Part shown: one piece after another, positions 23,316 through 24,000 of the stretch
Layout of the letters: the number at the start of each line of letters is the position of its first letter
Position numbering within the stretch: position 1 is the stretch's first letter
Assembly (NCBI GenBank): GCA_964610875.1
Contig: CAZSWP010000003.1
Location: forward strand, 101,148-125,147
DNA: 24,000 nucleotides
DNA from: an uncultured archaeon
GTDB lineage: Archaea > Asgardarchaeota > Thorarchaeia > Thorarchaeales > Thorarchaeaceae
Reading direction: 5' to 3'
Made by a program: the position numbers and the translations under genes
The notes under the pieces: model-generated
Databases searched by the model: none
Told to the model about the DNA's origin: nothing
Seen by the model: the letters and a program-made list of their open reading frames with translations, nothing else

Positions 23316-23415
23316 TGGCGGGCCCGCGCGGATTTGAACCGCGGATCCCTTGCTTACTCCAGATTGTAAATTATCTTAGGAGGCAAGTGCCCGATCCAGG
23401 CTAGGCTACGGGCCC
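23316..23415 (-). tRNA. tRNA-Arg (anticodon CCU, 23378-23380) with a ~22-nt anticodon-loop intron and encoded CCA
   Basis: Hand-folded on the minus strand. Acceptor GGGCCCG/CGGGCCC, D arm GCCT-AGCCTGGATC-GGGC, anticodon stem CTTGC/GCAAG, loop CTCCTA plus insert, T arm CGCGG-TTCAAAT-CCGCG, G73, CCA. Total 100 nt. Confidence 0.85.
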
Positions 23416-23442
23416 CTCAGAAACGTTTTCGCTCTTGAGATA

Positions 23443-23451
23443 CTTATAGAG
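23443..23451 (-). promoter_or_regulatory. TATA box (GACTCTATAAG on the minus strand) for tRNA-Arg
   Basis: CTCTATAAG lies 28-36 nt upstream of the tRNA 5' end (23415). Same ACTCTATAA core as upstream of tRNA-Thr. Confidence 0.5.
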
Positions 23452-23473
23452 TCTTCGTTAGGCTTTCAGAATA

Positions 23474-24000
23474 CTATTCTGCAACACGTGCAGTTATTGT
23501 AGCGCCTTCTTCCAGTGCATCCACAATCATACTGCCTTGTCTAGTCTTTATCCTGATTGAACTCTCTCCATTTCTGCCAATGACAGTGGTAAGCATGTAG
23601 TTATCATCAGCATAGATTTCCAGACGTTGTTTTGCATATTTTCTGCCAGCGTAAATTGTTACTTTCTTCTTTGAATAACTGATTGACACTGGTACAGTTT
23701 CACCAGGCACTCCTTTCTTTGGAAACCTACCTCTATCCCTAGCATCTGTTTTTCGTGTACTCACAGGGACTACTACCTTTTCACCACCAAAAGTGAAGAT
23801 TTCATACTCTAAGTACCCATTCTCAAAATCCCGGACTTCTACAACAGGTCTTGCGAGGTCTCTCTGAGAACTGCTCATCCCTGTTGGAAGTTTGACCTTG
23901 AGGGATAATGAAGACACTTTGGCGACCTGTCCGGCTTCAATATGTATCACAGTATCAACAGTGCTGGGTAACTGGCCCAACTCTACTCGTCCACCAAGAA
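23474..24000 (-). CDS. hypothetical beta-rich protein, 5'-truncated by the window edge
   Basis: The ORF is open from the window end (the TTG at 23980 is only formal, and the frame continues to 24000). The C-terminal 168+ aa show alternating hydrophobic patterns typical of beta strands. No motif recognised. Confidence 0.5.
   Translation of the reverse strand, partial: LGGRVELGQLPSTVDTVIHIEAGQVAKVSSLSLKVKLPTGMSSSQRDLARPVVEVRDFENGYLEYEIFTFGGEKVVVPVSTRKTDARDRGRFPKKGVPGETVPVSISYSKKKVTIYAGRKYAKQRLEIYADDNYMLTTVIGRNGESSIRIKTRQGSMIVDALEEGATITARVAE

Overview
This 24-kb window looks like an archaeal chromosomal segment. It is AT-rich (about 40% GC by eye), tightly packed, and coded on both strands. Most of it is recognisable housekeeping. 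On the information-processing side there is PAN, NAC, aMBF1, TFE-alpha, GatD/GatE, a Trm5/Taw2-type and a TlyA-type methyltransferase, and A/V-ATPase subunit D. On the metabolic side there is an NDP-forming acyl-CoA synthetase alpha subunit, a GH1 beta-glucosidase, PurH, Pgk and RpiA. There are five tRNA genes (Val-UAC, Leu-UAA, Met/Ile2-CAU, Thr-UGU, Arg-CCU). All five are interrupted by introns and all encode their 3' CCA. Three introns sit at non-canonical positions and two tRNAs carry two introns. No CRISPR array, rRNA, transposase or integrase is visible. Five things deserve a second look. (1) A translationally coupled AAA+ (ExeA/TniB/Orc1-like) ATPase plus ribbon-helix-helix gene pair (2742-4039, minus strand) is bracketed by two three-unit arrays of a 9-bp-phased heptamer, GTAWTAC. 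(2) The same phased heptad dyad or triplet recurs at other gene boundaries and inside several CDSs. (3) The divergent intergenic region next to the ATPase carries two ~20-nt direct repeats around an AT-rich core. (4) A GC-enriched island upstream of rpiA (22308-22563) has a perfect 12-bp and a 14-bp long-range complementarity, so it is either a structured RNA or a small ORF. (5) A membrane-anchored protein carries about 11 tandem (A/T)(A/T)PSGGPPGG decapeptide repeats and is divergently paired with a tubby/LURP-one-like protein. All family assignments rest on motifs recognised by eye. No database search was run.
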